From the NCBI GenBank assembly GCA_050294405.1, contig JBNKOC010000028.1, positions 32,001-96,000 of the forward strand: 64,000 nt of DNA, read 5' to 3'. Positions 1 to 10,486 of the stretch are shown here, one piece after another. The translations under genes were made by a program, and so were the position numbers. Source of the DNA: Fibrobacteria bacterium (GTDB lineage Bacteria; Fibrobacterota; Fibrobacteria; UBA11236; JADFYW01). The notes beneath the pieces were generated by a model that worked only from the letters and a program-made list of their open reading frames with translations, ran no database searches and was not told where the DNA came from. Each line of letters opens with the position of its first letter. Within the stretch, counting starts at the first letter, position 1.

Positions 1-1
1 G

Positions 2-829
2 GTTTTTTCGGCAAATTTTTAAGAGGTCTTGTACCACAATCTGGGGTATTTGAGGTTCAGCTACAAAAAGCTTGGAAGCACCTGTACTTTGGATTGCCTT
101 AGCCAACTGACTAAAATCACCTAGAACAGGAACATTTTTGTAGCTTTTTTCTTGAAGGGAACCATCATCATCAATAAATCCGGCAATTTGATAACCCAAC
201 TTGGGAGATTGATTGAATTTTTCAAGTAATTTTTGACCAATTTCTCCCGCACCGTAAATTAGCGCCACTGAATCTGAAACTCCGTAATTCCTTAAAAACC
301 CCTGAATTCGGTAAAGGAAGGCCCTTTGGAAAAACATAAAAAGCAGAATAAAAGACCAGCTTAATGCAAAAACCCCTCTGCTGTAAAACTGATGTTGGCT
401 TAAAAACAAAATGGCCATGGTAACCCCACAAGCCACTAACCAGGTTTTTAAAATAATTTGATATTCCCGGATGTTTAAAATACTGCGCTGGGCCTGATAC
501 AATCCATTTACCTGAAAACCGATTAAACAGGCAAGGATGGTAACCCCAAGAGAAAAGTAATACTGGCTAAAAGGAACCTGGGCAAAATGATTGGAGGCCA
601 CCACTGGGCCCAATTTATTCCAAAGCAAATAGGCTGACCAAAAACTCAATACAATTGTGGTCGCATCCGCAAGCAGTTGGAATAGTGTTAATACTGGCTG
701 AAAGAAGGAAATCCGTATGGGAGTTCTGCCCTTAAATTCAATAGCAGTGTTTCCAGCCACTCTACTGGTAGCTGCTGACACATTAGCTGTCGCTAAACTG
801 GCATTTTTCTCTAGGGTTATTTTGCTCAT
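2..829 (-). CDS. Polyprenyl-phosphate sugar phosphotransferase (WcaJ/WbaP-like), N-terminal part; runs off the window edge
   Basis: Not in ORF track; translated by hand from ATG at 829: four hydrophobic segments, then ALIYGAGEIGQKLLEKFNQSPKLGYQIAGFIDDD (Rossmann-like CoA_binding_3 region). Confidence 0.8.
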   Translation of the reverse strand, partial: MSKITLEKNASLATANVSAATSRVAGNTAIEFKGRTPIRISFFQPVLTLFQLLADATTIVLSFWSAYLLWNKLGPVVASNHFAQVPFSQYYFSLGVTILACLIGFQVNGLYQAQRSILNIREYQIILKTWLVACGVTMAILFLSQHQFYSRGVFALSWSFILLFMFFQRAFLYRIQGFLRNYGVSDSVALIYGAGEIGQKLLEKFNQSPKLGYQIAGFIDDDGSLQEKSYKNVPVLGDFSQLAKAIQSTGASKLFVAEPQIPQIVVQDLLKICRKN

Positions 830-915
830 TTTCCAATAGCCTTAAGAATTATTTTCTTAGGGAAAAATCGGACTTCCTCAAGCTTTAAAAATACATTTTT
901 TTTAAGAGACGTACT

Positions 916-947
916 ATTGATCCCAAACTAAAGTCATTATACTTTAG
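916..947 (+). promoter_or_regulatory. Putative housekeeping promoter (Bacteroidetes-like -33/-7) for hom
   Basis: ATTG-N20-TACTTTAG, same spacing as the rpmH and tRNA promoters. Confidence 0.4.
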
Positions 948-954
948 TTCACTT

Positions 955-2253
955 ATGAAAAAAATAGGAATCGGAATAATCGGCACAGGCACTGTGGGCT
1001 CTGGAGTTCTTGAACTCATTGAGGTTCAACGGAAATTTTTTAATGAAAAAATAGGAATCCAGTTAGAAATAAAAGGGATAAGTGCCCGGTCTGAAGCCAG
1101 TCTAGCTAAATTTGAACAAATTAAATGCTTAAAATCTACAAATCCCCTAGATTTGTGCTCCCATTCCGAAATTCAAATAATCCTTGAGCTTGCAGGTGGT
1201 TATGAGGCTCCCCGCGAATGGATTCTCACCGCCCTAAAAAACGGCAAACATGTGATAACCGCAAACAAAGCCATGTTGGCTAAATATGGTTGGGAGCTTT
1301 TCCCCCTGGCCGAAAAAAATAACTGCGGACTTTATTTTGAAGCTGCCATAGGCGGTGGCATTCCCATTGTGAAAACACTTCAGGAATCGCTAATAGCCAA
1401 TGATATTGAAGGGTTGGCCTGCATCATAAACGGCACCTGCAATTATATCTTAACTGAGATGACAGAGCATCAATTCGATTTTGACAAGGCTCTTATAAAG
1501 GCAAAAAAGTTAGGCTATGCCGAAGCTGACCCAAGCTTTGATGTGGAAGGTATCGATTCCGCTCATAAAGTGGCTTTGTTGGCTTCTCTTTCTTTTGGTC
1601 AATATGTGGATTTTGAAAAAATGAATGTGGAAGGAATCAGCCATATTCAAAAATTTGATGTGGATATGGCAACAGAGCTCGGGTACTGCATTAAACTGCT
1701 TGGAGTGGTACAACCAGAAGATAAAAACAAAATTTTCGCTTCGGTTCATCCTGCTTTGTTGGAAACCTCCCACCAACTGGCCACTGTAAATGATGTACTT
1801 AATGCTGTTTTTATTGAGAGCTCCGCTGCCGGACCGTTGTTATTGACTGGTGCCGGTGCTGGCAAATTACCCACCGCAAGTTCGGTTATGGGGGATCTTA
1901 TAAGTTTATCCCGGCAAATGTTATCAACTGAGGCGGCTTTCCAATCTGCTGGTTTTATTAATAAAGAAAACGAAGCTAGCCTTGTGCCTATTGGGAATTT
2001 TAAAACCAAATTTTATTTACGTTTTACCACTAAAGATTACCCTGGAGTGATAGCCAAAATCACATCAGTATTAGCAGCTCACGATATCTCCATTGAGTCT
2101 TTTATTCAAAAACCCGACCATGCTAAACATAGGGTGCCTGTCATTATTATTACACATAAAACGCCCTTTTCCGCCATTGATAATGCCCTTAAAGAAATTG
2201 ACGCTCTGGACATAATTACCAGCAAAACCCAATTTTTAAGGTTTTACCATTAG
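955..2253 (+). CDS. hom: Homoserine dehydrogenase with C-terminal ACT domain
   Basis: GTGTVG, VITANKA, FEAAIGGGIP, GYAEADPSFDVEG, GAGAGKLPTAS; ACT motif DYPGVIAKIT. Confidence 0.95.
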   Translation: MKKIGIGIIGTGTVGSGVLELIEVQRKFFNEKIGIQLEIKGISARSEASLAKFEQIKCLKSTNPLDLCSHSEIQIILELAGGYEAPREWILTALKNGKHVITANKAMLAKYGWELFPLAEKNNCGLYFEAAIGGGIPIVKTLQESLIANDIEGLACIINGTCNYILTEMTEHQFDFDKALIKAKKLGYAEADPSFDVEGIDSAHKVALLASLSFGQYVDFEKMNVEGISHIQKFDVDMATELGYCIKLLGVVQPEDKNKIFASVHPALLETSHQLATVNDVLNAVFIESSAAGPLLLTGAGAGKLPTASSVMGDLISLSRQMLSTEAAFQSAGFINKENEASLVPIGNFKTKFYLRFTTKDYPGVIAKITSVLAAHDISIESFIQKPDHAKHRVPVIIITHKTPFSAIDNALKEIDALDIITSKTQFLRFYH

Positions 2254-2260
2254 GGTCTGT

Positions 2261-3277
2261 TTAAGTAAGGGACCAGCCGCCCTTTTTTAATACAAAGGGA
2301 TTTTTAAAATCTCCCAGACTTTGTCCTTCCTGATTTTCCAATAATCCTGATGCTTCAGTTGCCGCTAAAACCGGAAAGCCGGGAAAAAGAGCCTGATGTA
2401 TCTCAGGAAATTTTGCCACCGGCCATTTCTTTTGAATTTGATGGCTCATCCAAAAATAGCAGTTTTTATCAAACTTATCGGATTGCCAGGATTTTTTAAC
2501 ATCTTCCCAGATTTTATTATGACCTGGCGCCCCGCCAACAGCGAAAATCAAACCGAACAATTTTTCAAAGTTTATGGCCAAAGAGGATTTTCTAGGAAGG
2601 CTATGTATAATAGGCCAACCATTTTTTTGAGCGATTTTTTTAAGCATTACATCGGGATCCACAACTGTGGGAAATTCCACAAAAGCCAATAAAAACCTAT
2701 CCGCAATACTATCGGAATAAGCAAAACAATAATGCCCCTCATTAGGTAAATCACTGCGGGAGCGAATTTGGATGACCTTTTGCTCTTCTTTTAAGTTGCC
2801 GATTCCCTTCCTATATACAGGCAACCGGAATAGGCCTCTGTTTGGAAAATCCCACTGCGTCCCCATTATGATAGCAGGCGGTAAATATATGGAAAGAAAC
2901 CTCAAATAAAAAAGGGAACTGGCTGATATTAAAACAATTTTATGCCCCAGCTTATGATGAGCCCACATCATATGTAATGTAGCCGGATAAAGCCTGGGAA
3001 CCAGTTCTTCTTTTACAAAGTCTTCTGCCATTTGGTTTAAATCGCTGGAAGAGCAATAACATGAGGAAACAAAAAAATATTTTTTTAGTCGCTGGGTATC
3101 GATGATCCGAATTATATGCAACAATATGGCAAACCATTCCACCAGTTGAAACACCCGATACAAAGGCTTTTTGCGGTAAAAATAACGCCGCCAATACAGA
3201 ATACTATCCCCATACATCAAGGTGTCGTCAAAATCGAAAAATGCGAAAGAATTTTTTACAAGGGGAGGGTTTGTCAT
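2261..3277 (-). CDS. HAD-IB (SerB-like) hydrolase
   Basis: FFDFDDTL motif I, LISAS motif II, AYSDSIAD motif IV. Confidence 0.85.
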   Translation of the reverse strand: MTNPPLVKNSFAFFDFDDTLMYGDSILYWRRYFYRKKPLYRVFQLVEWFAILLHIIRIIDTQRLKKYFFVSSCYCSSSDLNQMAEDFVKEELVPRLYPATLHMMWAHHKLGHKIVLISASSLFYLRFLSIYLPPAIIMGTQWDFPNRGLFRLPVYRKGIGNLKEEQKVIQIRSRSDLPNEGHYCFAYSDSIADRFLLAFVEFPTVVDPDVMLKKIAQKNGWPIIHSLPRKSSLAINFEKLFGLIFAVGGAPGHNKIWEDVKKSWQSDKFDKNCYFWMSHQIQKKWPVAKFPEIHQALFPGFPVLAATEASGLLENQEGQSLGDFKNPFVLKKGGWSLT

Positions 3278-3367
3278 TTAGATTTCAAAGTAATTTTTTT
3301 GCAGTGGCATTTAAGCTGTTCAAATGAGTATTTTGTTTTTGTAAAACTCTTAAATTAGTTATCCAAA

Positions 3368-5143
3368 TTGCGAATGGGCATGGAAAATTCAAATATCTAC
3401 AACAATATTCTTCAAATTGATAAAAAACTCTCCAATTATACGCGGGGTTTAGATGAAAATGAAATTAGCCAGTTAGTAAGCCAAAATAACTTTTGCCAAA
3501 ATTGGGAACTTATAAAAGTAGAACCCGATTTCACTACCAATAACATTAAAAACTCCATTTTTGAAGGCGAAGTTTTTTTACCCCGGTTTACCTCTGAAAA
3601 TAAATTAGCAGGTATTTTTAATTGCCATATTAAAAACTGTGTTTTCGAAAGTTGTCTGGCGCACAATGTTCAGCTTTTAGAAAATGTATTTGTTGGTAAA
3701 AACTCGATACTACGTGCTTGTGGTGATATAAGAGGGACTTTAAGTCGGCCAAAAATTTTAACCATGCCCATTCACCCCGGAAGTGAAATGGAGAGCCGCA
3801 GCCTTTGGTTCGAAGAAAACTTAACTGTAGAATCCGCAACCAAATGGTTACAAATAAGTTCCAATCAGCAACTCGAAGTAAAAGAAAAGAAAATATCCGA
3901 AATTCCAAATAACAATCCCAAATATATGTATATAGGCCCTGATGTCCATATTTGCGGTGTGGGAGAAATTGTTAATTGCTATATAGATGAGGCCACTCAA
4001 ATCCAATACGCTTCCAGAGTTTCCAATTCTGTAATTTTAGGGTCCACTTCAAATCCATGTAACATTGGCAATTGCCAGTTAATAGAAAATTCCGGCCTGC
4101 AAGCCGGATGTACCGTAAAAAATGGAGCCATTGTAAGAAACTCCATTATCATGGAAGCCAGCGAACTGGACGAGCAGGTTATTATTAATCAAAGCCTCAT
4201 TGGGCCCAATAACCATTGCGCCAAAGGCGAAATAACAGCATGTTTGTTGGGCCCCTTTGTTGGGTTTCACCACCAAAGTTTACTTATTTCTGTGTTGTGG
4301 CCCGAAGGCAAAGGCAATGTGGGACACGGAGCTAAAGTAGGAAGCAACCACACAGGTAGAAAACCTGACCAGGAATTGATTCCAGCAGAAGGCATGTTTT
4401 TTGGCTTGGGGTGCCAGGTGAAATTTCCTGGAAATTATTCCAAAGCCTCCTACAGTTTAATTGCCACCGCTGTGGTACTACCGCCCCAAAAAGTAGAATG
4501 CCCCTTTTCTCTTATTACTCAAGAAGAAAATTTACTGGCAGGCTATTCTCCCTTGCTGAATAACATTATGCCGGGCTGGATGTGGGGAACCAACGCCTAT
4601 TCCCTTTTTAGAAGTCTTTTTAAATTTAAAGAGCGAAATAAAAGCTCTCATAACATACCAGATAGCTTGTTTAGCCAAAAAATTGCCGAGCATGTTTTAA
4701 ACGCCTGTATGTTCCTAAAAAATATTTCCGAGAAAAAGAAATACTATACAGAAGAAGACATACCCGAAATTGGACAAAACATTTTAAGCGATGCCCAGCG
4801 TTTAAAAGCTTTAGACAACTATTCCAATTATATTTATTTCTATTTATTACAAAGCTCCATGGAATCTTCTATTATGGAGGCCTTTTTGTCGGTGGCAGGA
4901 CTAACATCCTTTTATAAAATAACCGACCCTGCCCAATATTTAATATCCGGTAAAAATCTCCTGGAAGAGCTTGAAACCAAGCTACTTAAAAGTCTTGCCC
5001 GGGATAACAAGAGAGGCAGAGAAATTTTTTCGGATTACGATAATTTTCACCTGAGGGAAAATGAATTTGAAGAAAAAGACCCGGTTATTCTAAAGTTTAA
5101 AGAATTAAAATCCCGATGGGAAAATTATTTAGAATCTTTATAG
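3368..5143 (+). CDS. DUF4954-like protein with left-handed beta-helix repeats (true start probably 3374 or 3380)
   Basis: GEITACLLGPFVGFHHQSLLI, GKGNVGHGAKVGSNHT; hexapeptide-like repeats. Confidence 0.65.
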   Translation: MRMGMENSNIYNNILQIDKKLSNYTRGLDENEISQLVSQNNFCQNWELIKVEPDFTTNNIKNSIFEGEVFLPRFTSENKLAGIFNCHIKNCVFESCLAHNVQLLENVFVGKNSILRACGDIRGTLSRPKILTMPIHPGSEMESRSLWFEENLTVESATKWLQISSNQQLEVKEKKISEIPNNNPKYMYIGPDVHICGVGEIVNCYIDEATQIQYASRVSNSVILGSTSNPCNIGNCQLIENSGLQAGCTVKNGAIVRNSIIMEASELDEQVIINQSLIGPNNHCAKGEITACLLGPFVGFHHQSLLISVLWPEGKGNVGHGAKVGSNHTGRKPDQELIPAEGMFFGLGCQVKFPGNYSKASYSLIATAVVLPPQKVECPFSLITQEENLLAGYSPLLNNIMPGWMWGTNAYSLFRSLFKFKERNKSSHNIPDSLFSQKIAEHVLNACMFLKNISEKKKYYTEEDIPEIGQNILSDAQRLKALDNYSNYIYFYLLQSSMESSIMEAFLSVAGLTSFYKITDPAQYLISGKNLLEELETKLLKSLARDNKRGREIFSDYDNFHLRENEFEEKDPVILKFKELKSRWENYLESL

Positions 5144-5150
5144 AACAATA

Positions 5151-6044
5151 TTAATGAAACATATTGGTCTGCGGCTTTGACTTAGGCTTTCCAAAACGGG
5201 ATTGCAAATAACTTTTATAAGGCGATTTGGGAATATCTTTAAGCGTCTCTAAAAATTTGTCATGGTTGATAAAACCACGGGTTAAGGCAATCTCCTCCAA
5301 ACAGGCAATTTTAAGGCCTTGTCTGGCTTCCAGCGTATAAATAAAATTTCCCGCTTCCAAGAGGCTGGCATGGGTGCCCGTATCCAGCCAGGCCATACCT
5401 CGGCCCAAGATGTTCACATTGAGAGCCTTTTGCTCCAGGTATTTTAAATTAACATCGGTAATTTCCAATTCACCCCTTTTGCTTGGTTTCAAATTTTCTG
5501 AAATTTGTATTACCTTGTTGTCATAGAGGTACAAACCCGGAACAGCAAAGTGGGATTTGGGTTGCTTGGGTTTTTCTTCTATTCCGAGTACGCGTCCGGA
5601 TTCTTCAAACTCCACTACGCCATACCTTTCCGGATCTTTAACATAGTATCCAAAAACCATAGCGCCCCCATGAAAGCTTTTAATAATATCATCCAGCTTC
5701 ATGGCGCCGTAAAAAATGTTATCTCCTAAAATCAAAGTCACATTGTCTTTTCCGATAAACTCTTTGCCAATTAAAAAAGCCTGGGCAATTCCCGCAGGTT
5801 TGGGCTGCTCAGCGTATTGGATGTTTATGCCCCATTGGTTGCCATTGCCCAATAAGGTCTGAAACTTTGGGACATCACTGGGGGTTGATATTAACAGGAT
5901 GTCTTTAATTCCCCCTAACATCAAAGTGGAAATAGGGTAGTAAATCATAGGCTTGTCGTATACAGGCATCAACTGCTTGCTCACCACTTTGGATAGAGGA
6001 TGTAATCGGGAGCCAGCCCCGCCTGCTAAAACAATACCTTTCAT
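5151..6044 (-). CDS. rfbA: Glucose-1-phosphate thymidylyltransferase
   Basis: GIVLAGGAGSRLHP, SKQLMPVYDKPMIYYP, RGELEITD, WLDTGT. Confidence 0.97.
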   Translation of the reverse strand: MKGIVLAGGAGSRLHPLSKVVSKQLMPVYDKPMIYYPISTLMLGGIKDILLISTPSDVPKFQTLLGNGNQWGINIQYAEQPKPAGIAQAFLIGKEFIGKDNVTLILGDNIFYGAMKLDDIIKSFHGGAMVFGYYVKDPERYGVVEFEESGRVLGIEEKPKQPKSHFAVPGLYLYDNKVIQISENLKPSKRGELEITDVNLKYLEQKALNVNILGRGMAWLDTGTHASLLEAGNFIYTLEARQGLKIACLEEIALTRGFINHDKFLETLKDIPKSPYKSYLQSRFGKPKSKPQTNMFH

Positions 6045-6052
6045 ATAATCTC

Positions 6053-9000
6053 CTATTTAATCACGCCAACCCGGCTCCATTTTTGCTTTTTGCCACCGGA
6101 TTTAAACCAAACTTCCACTAATAGAGTATACACATCCGCACCCAAATTGGAAAAATTTATAGGCCTGCTGTGGTTTCCCTGAGTTTCAAAACCTGTAAAT
6201 ACTTTATCCAATACCAAAAGACCGGATAAATCATACACCCTTATTCTTGCTTTTTGGGCTGGCGCCCCTAAATCGAGAAATACATTGGCAATATTTCCCG
6301 TAACAGGGCTTGGATATATATGAAAATCTCTAATTTCCTTGCTTAATTTTTGATCTTTTGGGGCAGATAAATTTTCCACAGAATAGGCTCCCATTCGGGC
6401 TGCAGCTCCCCCTACAGCTAACCAGGCAGCTTCAGGGCTTTTTTTAGCTTCCGGGAAAATCCAGGAGTTTAATACTCCTCTTCCCGATTGGGAAAACAAA
6501 ACCATACCCGAGCCATTGCTATTGGAAGCCAAGCTGATGTTAACATAAGGAGATGCTGTTGTGTCAAAACTGATGGATCCCGCTGCCAAAGGCCAGTCTT
6601 TTCTGTCACTGGACTTGATTCCAGACTGAAGGGCAATATTGCTTTTGGAGTTGTAGCTGGAGGTTTGAAGAAATTCTCCTTTCCCATCCAAAGCCCATAT
6701 TAAGCCATCTGGCGTAGCAATTAAAATCACTGGACCGCTTTCCTTAGTCAATTCAAATATCAAAGGGGTGGATTGCACTACGGTTCCCGGATACTCTGCA
6801 GAGGAATAATAAAGCCCCACATTTTGTTTTTCCGAAAGGTTAGTGGCCCACATTAAATTGCCCAGATGGTTAATGGCGGCCAATTTATTGGGAGCAGTAA
6901 ACACAATATCGGGATAGCCATCCATATTAATATCCCCCAAAGCAGGGGCGCTCATATCCTGGGTAATCACTTCTGGATTTCCCAAGGAATCCACAAATAT
7001 TTTAAAACGCTCCAGTTCCAGGGGAAAGTTGGGAAAAGACTCTCCTTCCAAATTCACCAATTGCACGCTTCCCCGGCTTCCAAACACCAATACATCATAA
7101 TTTCCATCTCTGTCAAAATCCGAACTCAATACATGGAAATATTCAGAAGCAGAAGCCCATTTATCCACAAGCTTTTGAGAAGTGCCATTACTCAAATTAA
7201 CCAAAACCAATTCTCCTGAATTGGCTGCCAGAGCCATATATCCTTCGGTATTACTTTGAGGTACATAACAGATATTTTGGTATTTAAGGGCTGGAACTGC
7301 AATGTTATCTATTTCTGAATTGTCCCGTCCAAATGAAATCAGCTCGTTATTTTTACTTAATATCCAGATTTTGTTTTGCGCCACCATGGGACCTAATAAA
7401 CCATTTGTCAAAAGTTCAGCCCTGGTATAAGCCTCGCTATTGCTACTATCTATCGGATTACTTTTTGTTTCATAAGCCCAAAGTTTTCCCGATTCAGCAA
7501 GCACAAAAAATAGAGAATCAAAACCTGCCGCCGAGCCTTTTATTTTTTCCTGGGCAGAGCCATAGGAAAAAGCGGGTAAAAATAAAGAATCAGTATTTTT
7601 TCCTGTGGGCAATAATGTGAGTAAAGAGTCGTACTCTTTAGTTAAAAGCAAAGTATCCTGCACAGGTAAAATGGGTTTTCCAGCAATATCGAACGCCTGA
7701 TAAATGCCCTCATCGCTCAAAGACAAAACAGTTATATCATCTTTAAAATTAAAATTTATAAGACCCTGGGGCTGTGTGTTCACTGGGGTTTCCAGTGGCC
7801 AAAAGGAATTTTCCGCCTTTTGAATTTGAGGGTTGTCATTCCAGGAAACACGCAGTGAAAGAAGACTATCCCCAAAATTAAAAATAGAATCCTGAAAGAT
7901 GCCATTGATTCCTGGTTGCAAGGAAATATCTTCTGGAACTAAAGCCCTAAGGCTAATATGGCTTCTTCCGTCATTCCAACTATTGGTGTTGCTAAAACCA
8001 TAAGGGCTTATGTAAGTGAGGGTATCGATTTCCCAGGTGGTGTCGCTTCCACTGGCATCTTTAATGCTTTTTCGAATATGGGGCAACATATCCGATCCCG
8101 AACCAAAATCAAAAACCGACTGACCCAATTGATCTTTGCCTTCTTTTCCGATGGAAAGATCTCCATCGGCTTCCACCAGGTTGATACCCACAAACTCCTT
8201 GGATTCATCTGAAGAGGCATTCACAAAACCATAGCGAATGGCTTGCGATATATACCATTCATTAACATGCCAAACTAGAATACCGGAGCCTGGAAGTCCC
8301 ATGTCGTAACTGCTTGCCGAAGTAATAATTCCTTTAGGCCGTTTTTTATTTACTTCACAATTTTTCCCTTTAGAATCGCATAGGGAATCCAACATTAGGG
8401 AATCAATAAATGAAATGGGAATGGTTACAGAACTATCTTTATCAAACTCAGGATTATTTTTATTGCTTTGGTAACTGAATTCTATGGTAATAGAATCATT
8501 CAAAGCCCGCTGCCGGTTTTCCACCAGTAAATATTCTTTGTCATTCAAAGGAATTTTCAGAGAAGGAATAGCCCCTTGCCTGGGCGCACTGGTAAGCTGA
8601 GGCGGATATAGCATATAATCATTGCGACCATCGTCTGCGGGGTAAGCTATAATAGGCTCTTCCCAGCCCATAAAATAGCGAATCCAGGCAGAGGGAAAAA
8701 CAGGAACAAATCCAAAAATGGAAAGATGCCCCACATCCATCAAATCAAAATATCCCAGCTGGGTAAAACCAGTACCCCGGTCCCAGGTATCCGGCATTCC
8801 AATTTGCCTGGCGATTTGGTTCACTAATATTCCGTTAATGCCAAAGTTCACCTCATCCTGGGAGGCGGACTCACCCAAAACCATAATTTCAGTTATCCTT
8901 TTATCCCCATCCCCCACTAAAATTCCCAATGTATCTTCGGGCTGTGGTAAAAGAGGGTTGCCCAAGTTTTCTTCCGGCAAATCGCTGAGTAAGGAAAAAT

Positions 9001-9763
9001 CATCTTTGGTCACAAAAAAGTCCACAATGTCGTGGGGGGTATCCGCACCCAATTGGCCCAAACTTCCCCCGTCGATTAATCCATTATGGCCAGCGTGAAA
9101 AATCATATAACATCGAAAGGTATTTGCTCCAGGTAAAGGCTGAGTAAATGGATTGTCTTCAGCATTTTCAGCACCATCCGCTTTGCGAATGGACTCGGCC
9201 ACAAAAGACATTAAGGCATTTGCTTTACGTTCAAAAAAGACCACATTTTTTTCTTCGTCTTTTTTTGTGGGATTATAGCTAGCCATTCTTTTGGAAAGCT
9301 GAAAAGGGGTTTTGATAGCACCATTGGACTCGGGTTTTGGAAAAATTTGGGAACGGATGTGAAGCCGACCATTTGAAATTTTATTAAAATAATCCTGTGC
9401 AAACTCCATATGCTTTTCCAGATAAAAGCGATAGTCCCTGAATCCGCTGGGGTCCAGGGTGAAATTAGTATCCAGTGCCGAATTAAAAGTGCCTTTGCCT
9501 GTGGTGGAACTATTGTCTTCATCGTCTTCCGATTTGAACTCCACATACATCACAAAAATTTCCAGAGTGTCGGGCACTCCATCCGCAAGGCTTGCTTTTG
9601 CCATGGCTCCTGAAGTTTTAGGCAAAGCACCCAAACGAGTTTGCAAAAGGTTTGAGGCGGGAAGGCTGCGGCTCCATAACATTATGGGGCTCAAAAGAAA
9701 AATTAAAATAATCGAAAATTTCATGTTCTTTGATAATCTACTAGCTGAGTGAGGAAAAGTCAT
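6053..9763 (-). CDS. Secreted M6 (immune inhibitor A)-like protein with degenerate zinc motif, FG-GAP/VCBS repeats and T9SS type-A CTD
   Basis: Signal peptide; IFHAG, EYLLVENRQ, GSGILVWHV, LVEADG; DFDRDG/DINMDG repeats; C-terminal IYPSP...IRVYDLSG...VYTL...VIK. Confidence 0.75.
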   Translation of the reverse strand: MTFPHSASRLSKNMKFSIILIFLLSPIMLWSRSLPASNLLQTRLGALPKTSGAMAKASLADGVPDTLEIFVMYVEFKSEDDEDNSSTTGKGTFNSALDTNFTLDPSGFRDYRFYLEKHMEFAQDYFNKISNGRLHIRSQIFPKPESNGAIKTPFQLSKRMASYNPTKKDEEKNVVFFERKANALMSFVAESIRKADGAENAEDNPFTQPLPGANTFRCYMIFHAGHNGLIDGGSLGQLGADTPHDIVDFFVTKDDFSLLSDLPEENLGNPLLPQPEDTLGILVGDGDKRITEIMVLGESASQDEVNFGINGILVNQIARQIGMPDTWDRGTGFTQLGYFDLMDVGHLSIFGFVPVFPSAWIRYFMGWEEPIIAYPADDGRNDYMLYPPQLTSAPRQGAIPSLKIPLNDKEYLLVENRQRALNDSITIEFSYQSNKNNPEFDKDSSVTIPISFIDSLMLDSLCDSKGKNCEVNKKRPKGIITSASSYDMGLPGSGILVWHVNEWYISQAIRYGFVNASSDESKEFVGINLVEADGDLSIGKEGKDQLGQSVFDFGSGSDMLPHIRKSIKDASGSDTTWEIDTLTYISPYGFSNTNSWNDGRSHISLRALVPEDISLQPGINGIFQDSIFNFGDSLLSLRVSWNDNPQIQKAENSFWPLETPVNTQPQGLINFNFKDDITVLSLSDEGIYQAFDIAGKPILPVQDTLLLTKEYDSLLTLLPTGKNTDSLFLPAFSYGSAQEKIKGSAAGFDSLFFVLAESGKLWAYETKSNPIDSSNSEAYTRAELLTNGLLGPMVAQNKIWILSKNNELISFGRDNSEIDNIAVPALKYQNICYVPQSNTEGYMALAANSGELVLVNLSNGTSQKLVDKWASASEYFHVLSSDFDRDGNYDVLVFGSRGSVQLVNLEGESFPNFPLELERFKIFVDSLGNPEVITQDMSAPALGDINMDGYPDIVFTAPNKLAAINHLGNLMWATNLSEKQNVGLYYSSAEYPGTVVQSTPLIFELTKESGPVILIATPDGLIWALDGKGEFLQTSSYNSKSNIALQSGIKSSDRKDWPLAAGSISFDTTASPYVNISLASNSNGSGMVLFSQSGRGVLNSWIFPEAKKSPEAAWLAVGGAAARMGAYSVENLSAPKDQKLSKEIRDFHIYPSPVTGNIANVFLDLGAPAQKARIRVYDLSGLLVLDKVFTGFETQGNHSRPINFSNLGADVYTLLVEVWFKSGGKKQKWSRVGVIK

Positions 9764-9777
9764 TTTTCCGGCTAGCT

Positions 9778-10476
9778 TTAATTAAGGCTAAGGGAGAATG
9801 GCGATTTTTTCCAAGCTGGGTTCCATTTTACTTTTTTTATTTCCATGGAAAGCAGCTGTTTTCCATTTTGAAAAAAGCGAATTTCATGGGGGAAAACATA
9901 GCTCTGATGCTCTCTGTAGTCCCCATATTTTATTTTATTTTGCTTATGGGCTAACTCAAGCAAATGCCCCGATTTTTTATGGATAAAATATTGTTTGCCC
10001 ATTTTATCGCGGCAAATTGTTTTCTGCCTGTCATGGGATTTACATCCCAAACTATCTCCAAGTATTTCTCCCCACAAAAAACCAAGCAGCAAATGAATAG
10101 ACACATTCTCTAAATTAAAATTGGGCAAATGAACCAGCTCCCCTTCCCCTGACTCATATAGGTTTTGCTCTGGAGCATTTAATACCCAATTGCTATCCCT
10201 AATCCATAAGAATTCTGCCAATTGATTTCCCAAAGGGCCTTTTATGTCCATCTTGTATGCTTTTTTAGGGACCAAAGAAACGATTAAGCCTGCACTGGTT
10301 TTTTTTTTCCCCTCGTACACAGTTATTTTGGCCTTTGCCACCAGGGAATCCACTGGAAAATTCTCAGTTTTTTTTGCCCCTCTTAAGGCAGCCAAACCCG
10401 GATTATATAAAACAGGAGCGGTGCAATTTAACAACAAAAATACAATGAGGAGTTGGAAAAAGGGTAAAAGCTTCAT
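9778..10476 (-). CDS. Lipoprotein, LolB/DUF4292-like fold
   Basis: Lipobox LLNC; MDIKGPLGNQLAEF; IKYGDY...FPHEI; follows a TPR lipoprotein gene. Confidence 0.55.
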   Translation of the reverse strand: MKLLPFFQLLIVFLLLNCTAPVLYNPGLAALRGAKKTENFPVDSLVAKAKITVYEGKKKTSAGLIVSLVPKKAYKMDIKGPLGNQLAEFLWIRDSNWVLNAPEQNLYESGEGELVHLPNFNLENVSIHLLLGFLWGEILGDSLGCKSHDRQKTICRDKMGKQYFIHKKSGHLLELAHKQNKIKYGDYREHQSYVFPHEIRFFQNGKQLLSMEIKKVKWNPAWKKSPFSLSLN

Positions 10477-10486
10477 CCCCTATAAA

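Noticed and set aside
7161..7169. Isolated perfect TTATCCACA boxes inside genes (here and a few elsewhere)
   Set aside because: Scattered singletons consistent with Val-Asp-Lys/Asn codons; not clustered
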